Origin: Eledone cirrhosa
Lineage: Eukaryota
Reading direction: 5' to 3'
DNA: 64,000 nt
NCBI GenBank assembly: GCA_964016885.1
Contig: OZ024746.1
Coordinates: 59,024,001-59,088,000 of the forward strand
A program made the position numbers and the translations under genes. Under the pieces are notes generated by a model that did no database searches, was not told the origin of the DNA, and was given only the letters and a program-made list of their open reading frames with translations. Shown here in pieces: positions 27,901 through 42,039 of the stretch (within the stretch, counting starts at the first letter, position 1; every line of letters starts with the position of its first letter).

Positions 27901-28239
27901 GGAGAAGAAGGGTGATGGGAAAATGCAGAAAGCAAGTAAATGATGAAAGACTTGAAAATAATATAAATAAAAAAATTACAAAAGAATAATTGATTTAATA
28001 TTAATAAAAAAAGATGAAATGAAAGATGAGAGATAGAGAGAGGATAAAGATGAAAATAAGGAGTAGGAGGAGGAGAAAGTATAAGAAAATTATGATCAAA
28101 TTTTCAATTAATGCTGCAACATACAAGCATTTCCCCGGCAAAAGTTGGGTTTAGCCTGACAAACTTTATACATAATAAGGTTACGTTCTCGAGAAAATCT
28201 AAACTAAGAGGACAAGGGAACTGACAGAGATCATGTTTT

Positions 28240-28570
28240 TGAAGCCTTCGCCCGTTCCGTTGTGAGCCCTCAACCTGGTGCAGTCTGCGACTAACCTAGG
28301 TTCTGCTGCACATCGGGCTGAGGAGGCCAAACTCTTCAAATACCGGTCGCACTCCGACAGGTTTGCGGTTGTACCCTTGGCAGTGGAGATTTCTGGTGTT
28401 CTCCTCACTAGGGCTACCTCCCTACTCACCACCATAGGCGCTGAGCTGGTCAGCCGCAGGTGTGAGCCCCGCGAGTTGGAATGACTTTTCCAGCGCCTCT
28501 CCCTGGTCGTCCTCCGGAGAAACGCCTTCTCTATTCTGTCCGCCGGGGCTGTGGGGGAGGCCACCGATAT
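28240..28570 (+). mobile_element. CRE-like non-LTR retrotransposon 3' fragment (restriction-like endonuclease region)
   Basis: GSAAHRAEEAKLFKY..RFAVVPLAVEISG..IG...EPRELE*LFQRLSLVVLRRNAFSIL pattern. Confidence 0.7.
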
Positions 28571-29587
28571 GATTGACTGACCTGATGTTTAGATGTCAAA
28601 CGTGGACATTACACAAGAACCAAATCAACTCTCTTGGTGCATTTTACAAGAGATGAAAACCAAATAAAAAATGTCGTTCCAACATAACAGTCAGTCAATC
28701 TCAGCTATAACCGACATTGAAACTTTAAAAACAAATTCTAATAAATTCCCCTCCACAGCTTTGCACAGGCACAAATGTGAAGTAAGTTGACCATCTAACT
28801 CTACTACCCATAACAAAGCAAAAGCTAGCCTAAGCAAGCCCCTCCCCCAACCAATCTCTCCCATCCCAGCCGGTGAGGTGACATTGTCACAGAGTTCATG
28901 TCTGCCAATAAGTTATAATTTACTACTAGTCCAACGTCAGAACAGCAGCCGACCAGAAGTCTGTGGTAGGGCAAATATTTCATTACTATCGCTATTGTAT
29001 ACTTATTGCTACTGCTATTGTTATTCTTGTTCATGTGGTTAGATAATTTGGTCTTTTCGGGCCTATGTTTTTCATCCAGATTTTATTATTGTTTCTTACA
29101 ACACCTAGCAATACGGTGTACCTATATTAAACTTGATTCAAACAGCTCAGTGAATACAGTAACATTACACATGAATACAAGACGTTGAAAATAGATTATT
29201 CTGACATATTTCAAGTGATTGGACCCCTTTTTATGTCTATGGAATGCAATCAGGTTTTCAGGTAACACCATGCGACGTCATTTTCGATTTGATATCAGAT
29301 ATGGAATGGATCCTCAATAGAACGTCCATCTCATGAATTAACGTATATTTGGTTGGGTATCCCACAAACTATTATACCCCTTATTTTGTTAGAACACACG
29401 CATAATGGGTAGGTCTACAAGATGCAGATCTCAAGTTGTCAAATATGTCACGTTAAATAATGTAGTATGTAATACACAACTACATTAAACACAACCACAA
29501 GGATATGGTCCGAACGTGGAAGAGCAGCTAAACTCACACTGTCATCGCCTCCATCTCACTCGCCCTCCCCATCTCTCTGTATGGTGA

Positions 29588-29665
29588 ACAAATAGGATCC
29601 CACGCACTGGCCTTCCCACAGCCCCGGCGGACGGAATGGAGAAGGCGTTTCCACGGTGGAGGTCG
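29588..29665 (-). mobile_element. Second short CRE-like 3' end, inverted
   Basis: Reverse complement matches 28510-28563 (aaacgccttctc.att..gtccgccggggctgtggg..ggcca). Confidence 0.65.
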
Positions 29666-30059
29666 CATTGTATAACAAAGCTGACCATTTGAATTACTGG
29701 TAAAGTCTATATTCTTTTATAGTGCAAGTAACTGAGTATTCTACCGACATTTCCACTCCGGTGGTGATAGGTGGATGTGTAACCTCAAATCAGTCATGAT
29801 AGTGCCTAGCTTTTGTCAAAAGTATTCCATCTATGACTGTCTTCCTTATAGGTCAAATGTGTCCATTTTATTAAAAAAGGTAGAGCGTGATATGAGGCAT
29901 GTATAGTTGTTATTTTTAGCATAGCAGTGACTACGTAGAAGTATTCTTCTATCACTGTTTGGTATTTAGTAGTAGTAGGAGGTGACATTCAGCTAACCTT
30001 CAATCAAATATATAGCGGACCTTTGCTTCAATTAATATTAATCACGAAAAATAGTTTCC

Positions 30060-30690
30060 TGTTCTACCACTACCACCACCGCCACTACCGCCACCACCAA
30101 TACCGCAGCCACCACCACCTCCATTATCTTCGTCAGTGCTAGCTTCAGGTCTCACACCAATCGCACCATCGTCATCACCACCACCAACAACAACAACGAC
30201 ATCAACACCAATACCAATATCATTACAATCACTACCAACGGCCACAACAACAATAATAACAATAGTAACAGAAATACGACCAATACTAGCAGCAATAAAA
30301 ACAACGACAACAACAACAACAACAACAAAAACAGCAACAATAATAATAGCAACAACAACAACAACAAAACAACAGCAACAGTAGCAGCAACAACAACAAT
30401 AACAACAAAAACAGCAACATTAACAGAAGCAACTACAACAACAATAATAGTTGCTACAACAACAAACGGGACCAACAAAAATAGCAACAACATTAAAAAC
30501 ACACCAACAAAAGCAACTTCTATAACAATAAGAACACTAACACCAACAATATAAACAACAGAATCAACGAGTCCAACAATAACTACAACATCAGCAAGTC
30601 CAACAACAACTACAACAACCACAAGAGGGCAACAGCTCCAATGACTACAACAAGAACTACTACAACACCAACAACAGTAACACATAAACA
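30060..30690. repeat. Degenerate (CCA)/(CAA) low-complexity tract
   Basis: Trinucleotide-derived composition. Confidence 0.9.
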
Positions 30691-30824
30691 AAATAAATAT
30701 TTATCTCAACCCACATATAAATCAACAGAAACAGCAAACTGATTGTATTTTATATACCTAAAGACATCAAATACTGTTTGTAAATATATATATATATATA
30801 CATACGTATATATATGTATGTACT

Positions 30825-30912
<88 letters not shown>

Positions 30913-31065
30913 GGTGTGTGTATATATATATATATATATGTACACACACACATATATGTATATATATATATATATATGTATGCAAATACACACAGACAGA
31001 CATATATATATTATGTATGCATGTATACATATATATGTATATATATATATATATGTATATACATA

Positions 31066-31149
<84 letters not shown>

Positions 31150-31472
31150 TATATGTGCATATATATACGTATATATGTATGTACATAGACACACATACAC
31201 ACGCATACATACACATACACATGCATACACACACGTACACATGCATGTATGGTCCAGAAATACTCGGCCATAAATCTGCCTATTTTTATTATCAACGCTA
31301 GCTTGATATATCTGCTTGAAGTTAACGTTTCATCCAAAATAGAACAGACGCTACTCTGACGCAGCAGGTTTTATTTACTTGTTGTTGTTGCTGTTGTTCT
31401 TGTTGTTGTCGTCGTTGTTGTTGTTGAAGTTGTTGTTCTCTTTTTAACGTTTAATTAAAAACCATTTCAATC

Positions 31473-31660
31473 TAATAATTGTTTCTACTTTTTGGCACAA
31501 GGCCAGCAATTACTCAGTGCATTACTGGTACTTTATTTCATCGACCCCGTAAGGATGAAAGGCAAAGTTAACCTTAGCGGGATTTGAACTCAGAATGGCA
31601 AGGGCCGTAACTCTATACGTCAAAGCATGGCGTCCCACCCTCTACCAATACTGCCAATAA
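31473..31660 (-). mobile_element. tRNA-derived SINE
   Basis: Consensus match. Confidence 0.9.
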
Positions 31661-31907
31661 TGTACTTAAACAAGAAAGCCTGTGAGAAATAATGGTTTCT
31701 AATTTTGGCACAAGGCCAGTAATTTTTTTTTTTCGAATGCGTGTGTGGTGTGTGAGAGAGTGGTGTGGAGTGGGAGAGGTGGTGGTGGGGCGGTGAGGTT
31801 TGGGGTGTGGGAGAATATTTTGGTTTAAATCGATCGTAGTACGTGACTGGTATTTTATCTTATTGGTGCTGTAAAGATGAAAAGATGAAGGGGGGGAAAT
31901 GATGATT

Positions 31908-32087
31908 AGAAAGAAGAAGAAGAAGAAGAAGAAGAAGAAGAAGAAGAAGAAGAAGAAGAAGAAGAAGAAGAAGAAGAAGGAGGAGGAGGAGGAGGAGGAG
32001 GAGGAGGAGAAGAAGAAGAAGAAGAAGAAGAAGAAGAAGAAGAAGAAGAAGAAGAAGAAGAAGAAGAAGAAGAAGAAGAAGAAGAAG
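31908..32087. repeat. (AAG)n-(AGG)n-(AAG)n compound microsatellite
   Basis: Pure runs. Confidence 0.98.
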
Positions 32088-32089
32088 AC

Positions 32090-32700
32090 TACAACAAGGG
32101 AGAGCAACGTGAATGACAAAGCTCTCCATAGCTTTCTACTTGAAGAAAACAGAATTCAGAGATCTGCTGATAGGGTGCTGATTAAAGAAAGGGAACATTA
32201 AGAAAGCTACTGGCTGCACGGGAGCAAGTCCTTAGAACGAAGTGGATGAATCATGATATTGATAATAAGGAAAATAGTCTTCTCTGAAGGATCCGTGGAA
32301 AAAGAGAGGAAAGTGTGGCTCATATCGTATTCGAGAGTAAACACGTAGCCCGGACTCATTATAAAGGATGGAGCCATGATATCATAGAAATCATAGATGA
32401 GTGCCAGAAAAGGAGAGGGGGAAAAGTAACTGGTACCATGATCTAATGTGGGACCTGAATAGGATTTGCGACTGTCATGAGATGAAGATTGTCCCTAATC
32501 TCAAAGGATCACTAGGTACTATTAAAAAGTTTCCAAGGCCGGTTAAAGACCATCACCCAGGCCCCTTGTATGGAACACTTCGAAAGACATGCCTACTGGG
32601 AAAAGTAAGGAATCTTTGATACGTCCTGAATATCTCAATCTGCTGGTAGCGGGTTTGTGTTCATTGGGGCAATTTTTCCGGTTACATAACATCAATGACT
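32090..32700 (+). mobile_element. Decayed R4/Dong-like LINE 3' fragment
   Basis: Residual LLAAREQVLRT, E.VAHI, GSLGT and K.CLLG..R.L segments, with many stops and frameshifts. Confidence 0.55.
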
Positions 32701-32714
32701 AACATATCAAATTC

Positions 32715-33372
32715 ATAATAAAGGCTTCTGATTTAGGCACAAGGTCAACAATTCCGGTGGATAACTCCAGTATATTGTTGGTACTTTATTTAATCAACCC
32801 GTTGAGGATGAAAGGCAAGGCTAATTTCGGTGGAATTTAAACCTACAATGTAAAGCCATAACTATATGCCACAAAGCATGTTGTCCGGCGCCCCAGCGGT
32901 TTTGTACTCCACCGCCCTTCAGAACGTAGTAATAACAAAACTCTAATAATAATAATAATGATTTCTAGTATAGGCACAAGGCCAGTAATTTGGGAGGAGG
33001 GGGAAGTCGATTAAATCGACCCCAGTGCATTACTCGTGCTTTATTTTATCGACCCCGTAAGGATGAAAGGCAAAGCTAACCTCGGCGGGATTTGAACTCA
33101 GATCGCAAAGAGGCGTAACCCTCTGCCGCAAAGCATATTGTCCGACGCTCTACCGACACTGCCAATCTACCGCAATAATAATAATTGTTTCATTTTTTGG
33201 CACAAGGCCAGCAATCACCCAGTACATTACTGGTACTTTATTTTATCGACCCCGTAAGGATGAAAGGCAAAGTTAACCTCGGCGGGACTTGAACTCAGAC
33301 CGTAAAGGGACGTAACTATGCTAGAAAGTATGGCGTCCAACCCTCTACCGATACTGCCAATTCACCGCCCCA
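32715..33372 (-). mobile_element. Chain of three head-to-tail SINEs
   Basis: Three units separated by (TAA)n tails. Confidence 0.9.
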
Positions 33373-33393
33373 ATGCGCAATAATAATAATAAT

Positions 33394-34748
33394 ACTGAAG
33401 CGAGGTAGGATTAATAAGATGGAAGGAATTGCATTACCAGACGGACAAGTTATGAGGGAAATTGACGACAACTTAGTCATCCTGGACACAACCCAAATGA
33501 AAGAGAAGGAAATGACAGAATTATTATCAAAGGAATATAAATGGAAACTGAAGTTAGTGTTAAAAACAACGTTAAGAGGTAAGAATCTGGCTATCAATAC
33601 ATGGGCTGTTGCAGTGCTAAGGTATAGCAGTGGTGTGATAGAATGGAGATGTGATGAACTTAAGGGGCTTGATAGATCAGAAAAATGATGACTCTACAAG
33701 GGGCTCTACAACCTAAAAGTGACATGGCCAGGTTGTATCTATCACAACATAGAAGTGGAAGAAGTCGCATTAGCTGTGAATTGTGTGTGAAGTCGGAGGA
33801 AAATAATATAGCATTGTATGTAAAGAATTCAAAGGAGAGAGTGATGGCAGGAGTAAGAAATATAAAGGCCCTAAACAGTGATGAGGCAAAGGAAAGGGGA
33901 GAATTTAAACAAGACAGACAGAATTATACATTGAATAGATGGAAGAAAAATGACGTATGGTCAATTCTCGAGTGAAATACCGAGACAGTTGACAAAGATA
34001 AGAACTGGAAATGGACTAGGAAAAGTGACTTAAAAGTTGAAACTGAGGCCTTATTTTTGCAGCGCAGGTACAAGCACTGAGAACGAATTACTGTATATCA
34101 AGTTCAATATTGACAAGTCAGTGAATTCACCACTGTGTGGTGAGAAAGGTGAGACAATAAACCACCTTATTAGTGAATGTAAGATGCTTGCACAGAAAGA
34201 GTACAAGAGAAGATACGACAATATTGCCAGATTGGTTCATTGCAATGCTGTCATAAGAGTGAAATGGTATGAACACGAAACTGAAAGGGTTGCTGAAAAC
34301 GAACACTATAGGGGCATGGCCAGCCAATGTAACAATTTTATAGTGTCTAGAAAGCCTTGCATTGTTGTCGTAGAAAAGAAGAATAATAAGGCAAGTATTT
34401 TTGATATCGCTTCACCGTGGGTCCATAGGGTGAATGAGAAGGAAAATGAGAAAGTTAAGAAGTACCAGGAGTTGAAGGGGGAAATCATGAAACTATGGAG
34501 AATCAGACACTTATAAGTTGTAATTATTCTGGTTGGTAGCAGTTAGTAAAATGTTACATGCATGGCTTGAAAAGCTAGGAATTATCATCAGGATGGGATT
34601 GGTGCTAGGAACAGCAAGGATTTTAAGGAGGGTCTTGGAAAGTTAAAGGAAAAAGAATGACCCAAAGTACGTTTCGCCATTGGCTATGGCTCGCTCTTTT
34701 GGAATAGTGTCGGTATAACATCTGCCAGAGCAAAAGCGGTACGATAGA
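33394..34748 (+). mobile_element. R4/Dong-like non-LTR retrotransposon, 5'-truncated pseudogenised copy
   Basis: AINTWAVAVLRYS, GAL.PKSD..RLYL, knuckle LCGEKGETINHLISEC, and REL endonuclease RKP(C)IVV..DIASP..EK..KYQEL. Begins and ends in (TAA)n. Confidence 0.88.
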
Positions 34749-35070
34749 CAATAATAATAATGGTTTCTTATATAGACACAAGGCCAGCAATTAGTAGGCA
34801 GGGGAAAGTATATTTAAATAGACCCCAGAGCGTGACTGGTACTTTATTTTATCGACCCCGTAAGGATGAAAGCAAAGTTAACCTCGGAGGGATTTGAACT
34901 CAGATCATAAAGGGCCGTAACACTATGCTGCAAAGCATGTTGTCCGACGCTCTATCGATATTGCCAATCCACAGCCCTAAGACAATAATAATAATAATAA
35001 TTGTTTCTGATTTAAGTACAAGGCCAGCAACTCTGAGAGAGGAGGAAAGTCGATTAAATCGAACCCAGTG
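34749..35070 (-). mobile_element. SINE plus SINE 3' stub
   Basis: Consensus match. The tail overlaps the LINE's (TAA)n end. Confidence 0.85.
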
Positions 35071-35980
35071 AGTATAAGATTGGAATAATAAAGTTTGAAA
35101 GATATAGAACATGTAGTGTTTTGGAGGCAGGTATACAGTAAATGGTGTGTGCGGAAATGACGAGGATGTGAGAGATTTTGCATTTGTGTATGATTGTTTC
35201 TATATGTGTGTGAATTGCGTGTGTCTGTGTACAAATTTCGTGTGTGCGAATGGCGGGCAGTGTGTAAGAATGGTGTGTATGAGTATATAAATAGAGTATA
35301 TGAATGTGTGTATATATTTCTGCATGTGTATATGTTTTTTATATGTTATCCAATAATGTAGTATATACCAATCATGGCGGACAAATGCAACTATTTTTAA
35401 CTAACTATAAAAAGTTATAAAACTACTAGTTATGGTTAATGTTGATTCCTTGTAGTGATGGTGATGATATGTTGTGGGGGTGACGGTGGTGGTGTTATGT
35501 TGTTGCTGTTGTGGTGGTGGTGGAGGTAGGGATGGCAGTGTTGATGGTGGCGGCTATGGTGGTGGTGGTTGTGGTGGTGGTGGTGTTGGTAGTGTTGGTG
35601 ATGGTGGTGGTAGTCGTGTTGGTGGTGATGGTAGTTGTGATGGCAGCTTCTGAGGTGGTGGGCTGTTGCTGATGATGATGTTGATGATGGCTATGGTAGT
35701 AATGTTTGTGGAGTGGTATCTGACAGGATTGCTTTGTTTTTTTAAATTTTTACGGTTTTTCTTTCATTATTAGTTTTTACTTTGTTGTACATTTACACAG
35801 TTTTATGGGCCGTTTATTATTTGTTGTTGTTGGTGATGTTTTCACTATTTGCCCCGGACATGATATAAATACATGCATATTATATGTCATACAAACATAC
35901 ATATAGACTGTATATATATAGTTATGCATGCACATATATATATACTTTAAACACACACATATACATATATATATATATAC

Positions 35981-36020
<40 letters not shown>

Positions 36021-36089
36021 GCATACACACAGACACACACACATATATATATAAATATATATATATATGTATGTATATATGTATATATG

Positions 36090-36184
<95 letters not shown>

Positions 36185-36507
36185 ATGTATGTATATATAT
36201 ATATATATAGTCATATCTGTGTTTATGTAAATAAAGGCATACATATATAATGTTTACACGTTGGTGTATATACGTGTCTATATATAGAGTGTGTATATAT
36301 ATATATATATATATATATGGATGCATATATATATATATACACACACATATACATACACACATATATATATATACATACACACACATACACACATACACAC
36401 ATACACATCCACACACACACATATATATATATATGTATATATATAAAGTTAGAAATGCATACATATATAACTTTTACACATTGGTGTTTACATACGTATC
36501 TGCGCGA

Positions 36508-36553
<46 letters not shown>

Positions 36554-37044
36554 GTGTGTGTGTCTGTGTATGTGTGTGTGTGTGTGTATGTGTGTGTGTG
36601 TGTGTATTAGTGTATGTATGTGTGTGGGGAGGAGGGGGGTAGATGTGTTAGTTAACTTCAAAAGTTAACTAATCGAAACTAATTAGTGGAAACAACCTAT
36701 TCTGGGTCGTTTTGGTAATAAAGTAACAAGCAACGTTAAACCAAGTTGAAAGGAACTGAATGCTTTTGTTAGTCGTATAGAACAGAATATGAAAGGAATT
36801 GAAAACAAAACCAGGTGGTTTACACCCGTATTGAAGATCGCTTTGATTCAGGAACATGTGTTTTAAAACAAAAAATTACAACGGAAATAGTTTTATGTAT
36901 TGCTAAGTAACTAATGGCTTTTTTTTTCACTCACTTTTTAGACGGAAAAAATTCAGAAACGTTGAAGGTTACATGTAATTGCTTCACGAAAAAATAAAAA
37001 AATTAAATAAAAAAGAAATCTGAAATATTTTTCCACCTCGATGT

Positions 37045-37305
37045 ATAAACCAATGGAGAAGTTTCTGTGACTAAATCACCGTTCTGTATACTAGAAATAA
37101 TAGCCAAATGTCTTTTAAATCATACTAACATCTCTTTGGAGTACAAACCAATGAGGTCTGTTTATTTGTGATTGTTCCAACTACTAGAAATTATAGCCAA
37201 ATGCCTTTTAAATCATACTATCACCTTCTCGGTGCACAAGCCCATGAGGTATTTTCTATGTGAGTGTTCCAACTACTAGAAATACTAGCTAAATGTCCAT
37301 CTTAA
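37045..37305. repeat. Three diverged ~90-bp tandem units
   Basis: Recurring (aa)cc(a)atg.g...actagaaat.atagc.aaatg.c blocks. Confidence 0.7.
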
Positions 37306-37502
37306 AGGAATCGTTTGAGTATAGTATGTAATTCGATTGTGTTTCTTTTGTCTGATTTAGTCAGTAGACTGCAGCCGATCTGGAGCGCCGCCTGGAATTA
37401 GTCGATCAGTAATTTTCGTTCAAGTTGGTGCTTATTTCATCGATCCCTCGTTTGTCTAAACACCGAGTTAAAGAGTATAACACACACACACACACACACA
37501 CT

Positions 37503-37589
<87 letters not shown>

Positions 37590-37883
37590 GTATGTATGTA
37601 TGTGTATGTGTGAGTGTGTGTGTGCGCGTGTGTATGTGTGGAGAAAGAACACAGTTCCCTAATTCGTAAACTACAAATGGCTGCGGATGCTGGCACCTTC
37701 AAAATTTGCAAAACATTCTTGAGATTGAAGAGATGACAATTTGTTTCCTTTTACAACCTTGCCACCGGGAAGTTGGTCGGTCAAAAATGTACTCGAAACT
37801 AAGAGAAAGAGATACATACATACATACATACATACATACATACATACATACATACATACATACATACATACATACATACATAC

Positions 37884-38480
37884 GTGGTGGCTGCCAACTC
37901 TTTTTCGAGTACGGCCATTACTTTATATCCATGTAGGAGAACCCCCTACCGATGCGCTGAAAGTGTGTGACTTTTTAGTCCAGCCAGCAACTTGAAAACT
38001 CTGGTACAAACACTACACTTGTGACAAATATTGACACATAGTACTGGGCCCATGGTACCATGTGACGACAAGGGCAGAGAGATCTCCAGATATAAAGCAA
38101 TGCCTGTGCCGTGAAGCTTTTATAGTGAGGAAAGGCACTGCACAAAGCCAGTCCCACTCTCTTAACCAAGATGATATTTACCAAAAAGAAGAACAAGTCA
38201 ACATCATTGGATACCATCAGGGTTGCAGGTGTTATATCAGAGTTTTCCTTCTCCTAGAGTTCTGCCTTGACAAAGGCTAAGGGGTCATCTCTCGCGGTGA
38301 TTTTGGATGGCCATTGACTTTGCCCTTTGACAGGTTTTGTTTTTAGTCCTGCAGGATGTCCAAAGTCACCCTCCTTACCAAGAAACCTGGTGGGGTTGCC
38401 AGTTTAGTCGCCAACAACCCGACCATGAGACAGGTTTTACTGGGATACATGTTACCAGTAGCACCAACTGGTGACCTGAT
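37884..38480 (-). mobile_element. Non-autonomous RTE-derived element, copy 3 (longest, ~600 bp)
   Basis: Homologous to 4081-4631 with extra 5' sequence, (CATA)n on both sides. Confidence 0.8.
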
Positions 38481-38565
38481 ATACATACATACATACATAC
38501 ATACATACATACATACATGCATGCATACATACATACATACATACATACATACATACATACATACA

Positions 38566-38598
<33 letters not shown>

Positions 38599-39179
38599 TG
38601 CATCTGTACTTCCCGTCTAATGACTTTCACTCGCAAAGCAATCCGAAGTTACAGTAAAAAAACACCTGCCCGAGATGCCGCGCAACGAGATTGAACCCAG
38701 AACCAACAAGTTACAAAACGAACTCCTTAAAGACACAGTCATCCCAGTGCCTAGGATCTGATTTCTTGTATTTCTTGTAAATCACAATTGGATAATATTT
38801 TCCCCGGTTCTCTTGTTACACATAGAAACGCACAAACGAAACGACCAAGTCCGGAATAAATGTGTTCTTTGATCTTCTCGATTGGGACTCTTCAACAACA
38901 GCAGCATCATGTTCAACAACAGGAACAACAAAATAAAATTGTTAGGCGAATGAGTTTAAGAAAGATGAAAAAACGTCGCCAAAATTTAACTTAACACTGA
39001 AAACTAGATGAAAATATTAGAAACGTATTTGTTTCAGACATTACATATACAGGACTATATGTATGATTTGAGATAAATATGGCTGCTACATGTTACATTA
39101 AATTTGCAACATCTTTTCAGGTTCTCAATTATATTTCGTTAATAATGGTCTATTAGAATAAAGCTATTAGTTATAATCA

Positions 39180-39239
39180 TGTGAAAGTAATGATAGATAT
39201 GTGTGTGTATGTGTGTATGTGTGTATATATGTGTGTTTA

Positions 39240-39337
<98 letters not shown>

Positions 39338-39620
39338 CAGGGTTAACAGGATTTTGTATCAGATCAAGAGAGAACAGATCAATGCTAAACAAACCGCGTT
39401 ATTAAATGACTTAAGTTAAATAATTATATGTAGCCATTTGAAAGTAATGATAGATATGTGTGTGTATGTATATATATATATATATGTGTGTGTGTGCATT
39501 TATGTGTGTGTATTGGGGAAGTAGGGTTACGAGGATTTTGGAAGACATCTCGATGCTAAAAATATACCTCGTTATTAAATGACTTAAGTTAAATAATTAT
39601 ATGTAGTCATTTGAAAATAT
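39180..39620. repeat. Local tandem duplication containing microsatellites
   Basis: cgttattaaatgacttaagttaaataattatatgtag at ~39397 and ~39570; gaaagtaatgatagatatgtg at ~39183 and ~39440. Confidence 0.8.
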
Positions 39621-39626
39621 TGATGA

Positions 39627-39687
<61 letters not shown>

Positions 39688-40902
39688 CGCGTGCGTAATG
39701 GGAGTGAGTAATACGATTTTGTATCAGAACATACGAGAATGATGCTATATCAGTGAAGACACAACGATATGATATATTATTCAAAGATAAACGGAAATTG
39801 GAATATGTTGACCTACATTTTTGCCTTATAGAAAATTCTCAGATATTCTATGCGCCTTTTGTAAAACTGGTAAACCGGGATTCCGGAAATAGAAATCGAT
39901 TTCATTGATTTCAATTCGTTATCAAACAATATCTTCAGAGTAGTCTCCCCTTGTGTTCGTAGACAGCTGGCTGTGGCGGATAAAAGACGATACATCCGTT
40001 TGTAAGGGCGATCAGATGAGAGAAAATAGGTTTCTCTCCGAACTATTTTGAAGAAGATTACAGTTAACTAGTGTTTCTGTAAAAGAATATGGCGGTCAGT
40101 CTATGATTAAAACGATGTGTATGTATGTCTGTGTGTGTGTGTGTATGTGTGTTTTCAATAAGGAATGCTGGTCTAGAATAGGCCTATACTTAATGTGGGT
40201 GTGGCAATGGAGGAGAAGAGTGAGCAGTAGAAGAGAAAGAAGCAATTTCCATTATCTCTTAAGACGGGCGTAGCCCGATGACGGAGAGTATGTATAAATA
40301 TATGAATGTGAGTGTGTGTGTGTGTGTGTGTGCATATGTGTGTGTATGAATGTGTGTGCGTGTGTAAACACGCATGTCTTAGTGAGTAGGGTATTCGGCT
40401 TACGATCGTAAGGACGTGTGTTCGATTTATTATGCCGCTTTATTTTAAATTACTACGGTCTACTGAGCAGCGAAAATGTTATACCTGTAGTTCAAAGGCC
40501 CAGCCTTATCAAACATTGTAAAGTGCTGAATGACCCTATAAACCAGGAACCCTATAAACATACGGCTCTTTACAAGCACACCTGCGCCCGCACAAAGGTA
40601 TTTACAGCGCGAGCATGTTTTATCTTTGTAATATAAAATAAAAAAATGTTAGTTGTAATGTTCGCACTTAGTTGTCATGTGTGGTTCTCAGACAACACAT
40701 GTGGCCCTCGGGGGACCCTCAGTTTGGCATGCCTGCTATAAACTACGTTAATTGTACATGTATCTGTGGAATGCTCAGACACTTGTACGTCAATTTTAAG
40801 AGCAGGATGTTCCGTTGGTCACCTCAACAGGTAAACTTGTTTTCGGAAATGATGAATGTCTGACGAAAATATATCTATATATATGTGTGTGTGTGTGTGT
40901 GC

Positions 40903-40974
<72 letters not shown>

Positions 40975-40976
40975 TT

Positions 40977-41038
<62 letters not shown>
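40903..41038. repeat. (TAG)n microsatellite
   Basis: Near-pure run. Confidence 0.98.
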
Positions 41039-41239
41039 CTGTTTCTATGGTAGCCAGAATAAAATTTTAAAATATATAGCAGAAAAGAACTCACTTCATA
41101 ACACACTAGAATCTTGCAGCATCGTAGGCGTTTTCTTATGAATTACATGTCTACGGCTATGTTAACACACACGCACACACACACACAAACACACACGCAC
41201 ATAAACACGCACACACACACACACAAACACACCCTCACA

Positions 41240-41338
<99 letters not shown>

Positions 41339-41340
41339 TT

Positions 41341-41720
41341 ATATATTGGTAAAAGGAAAAGAAAATGCTGACAAATTGTTCCCAGTGAAAAATAGTTTAA
41401 TTAGGAATAAGTAAAAATTAGTAATAATATTGGTTAGTATTCAGTTTTGGCTTTAAGTTTTACCGGTTGCGCATTTCTAATGCTTTTCAAAAATAATTTT
41501 GAGATAGAGCGCCCGTGATGTTTGCTCAGATTAGAGCAAACATCACGGGTGCTCTATCTCAAAATTATTTTTGAAAAGCATTAGAAATGCGCAACCGGTA
41601 AAACTTAAAGCCAAAACTGAATACTAACCAATATTATTACTAATTTTTACTTATTCCTAATTAAACTATTTTTCACTGGGAACAATTTGTTAGCAATTTT
41701 CTTATCCTTTTACCAATATA
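41341..41720. mobile_element. Near-perfect ~185-bp-arm fold-back with a U3-A8-type HHR remnant in each arm
   Basis: Centre at ~41530. ttt TTGAAAA gcatt agaa atgc GCAA ccgg TA aaa at 41568-41603, with GAAA>GCAA in both arms. Confidence 0.8.
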
Positions 41721-41996
41721 TCATAACTTGTGTGTTACACCTCTATTCTTTTAAATATATATATATATATATATATAAGTATGTATACGTACATACATAT
41801 ATGTATACAGACGTACAGTAATATATATATATATATATACATATATATACATACATGCACATATATATATATATGTACGTATGGATTCACCGAACATTTA
41901 TTATAATGCTCGGTGTGTTTGTAAACAAACATCCCGAATTAAGCTGTACAGTGTCTAGCAACCATCGTTGCTCATTTGTTCAACACTGACAAAGGA

Positions 41997-42039
41997 ACGC
42001 TGTACTAGTTTCAAGCTTATTAGCTATCGTCAGCAACAT
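41997..42039 (-). ncRNA. Minimal type I hammerhead ribozyme
   Basis: Minus strand: atgttg CTGACGA tagc taataa gctt GAAA ctag TA cagcgt. Confidence 0.85.

Noticed and set aside
28600-29980. Long non-repetitive stretch as a candidate gene region
   Set aside because: Only short ORFs with no motifs, and it includes a CRE-like remnant. No support for coding.
32715-33372. Regularly spaced repeats suggesting a CRISPR-like array
   Set aside because: They are ~190-230-bp SINE copies in a eukaryotic context, with no short repeat-spacer structure or cas genes.
39885-39950. Minus-strand CTGAAGA..caat GAAA tcga TT resembling an HHR
   Set aside because: Stem I does not pair next to the core and the site is not in a (TA)n-bounded insert. 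Left uncalled.
39815-40010. Possible host micro-exons (ag...gt bounded, ~38 nt) in non-repetitive DNA
   Set aside because: Too short, with no recognisable protein similarity. Needs RNA-seq.
40600-40737. Possible hAT MITE right end (tgtggccc..tttggcatgcctg)
   Set aside because: No matching left TIR or TSD found.
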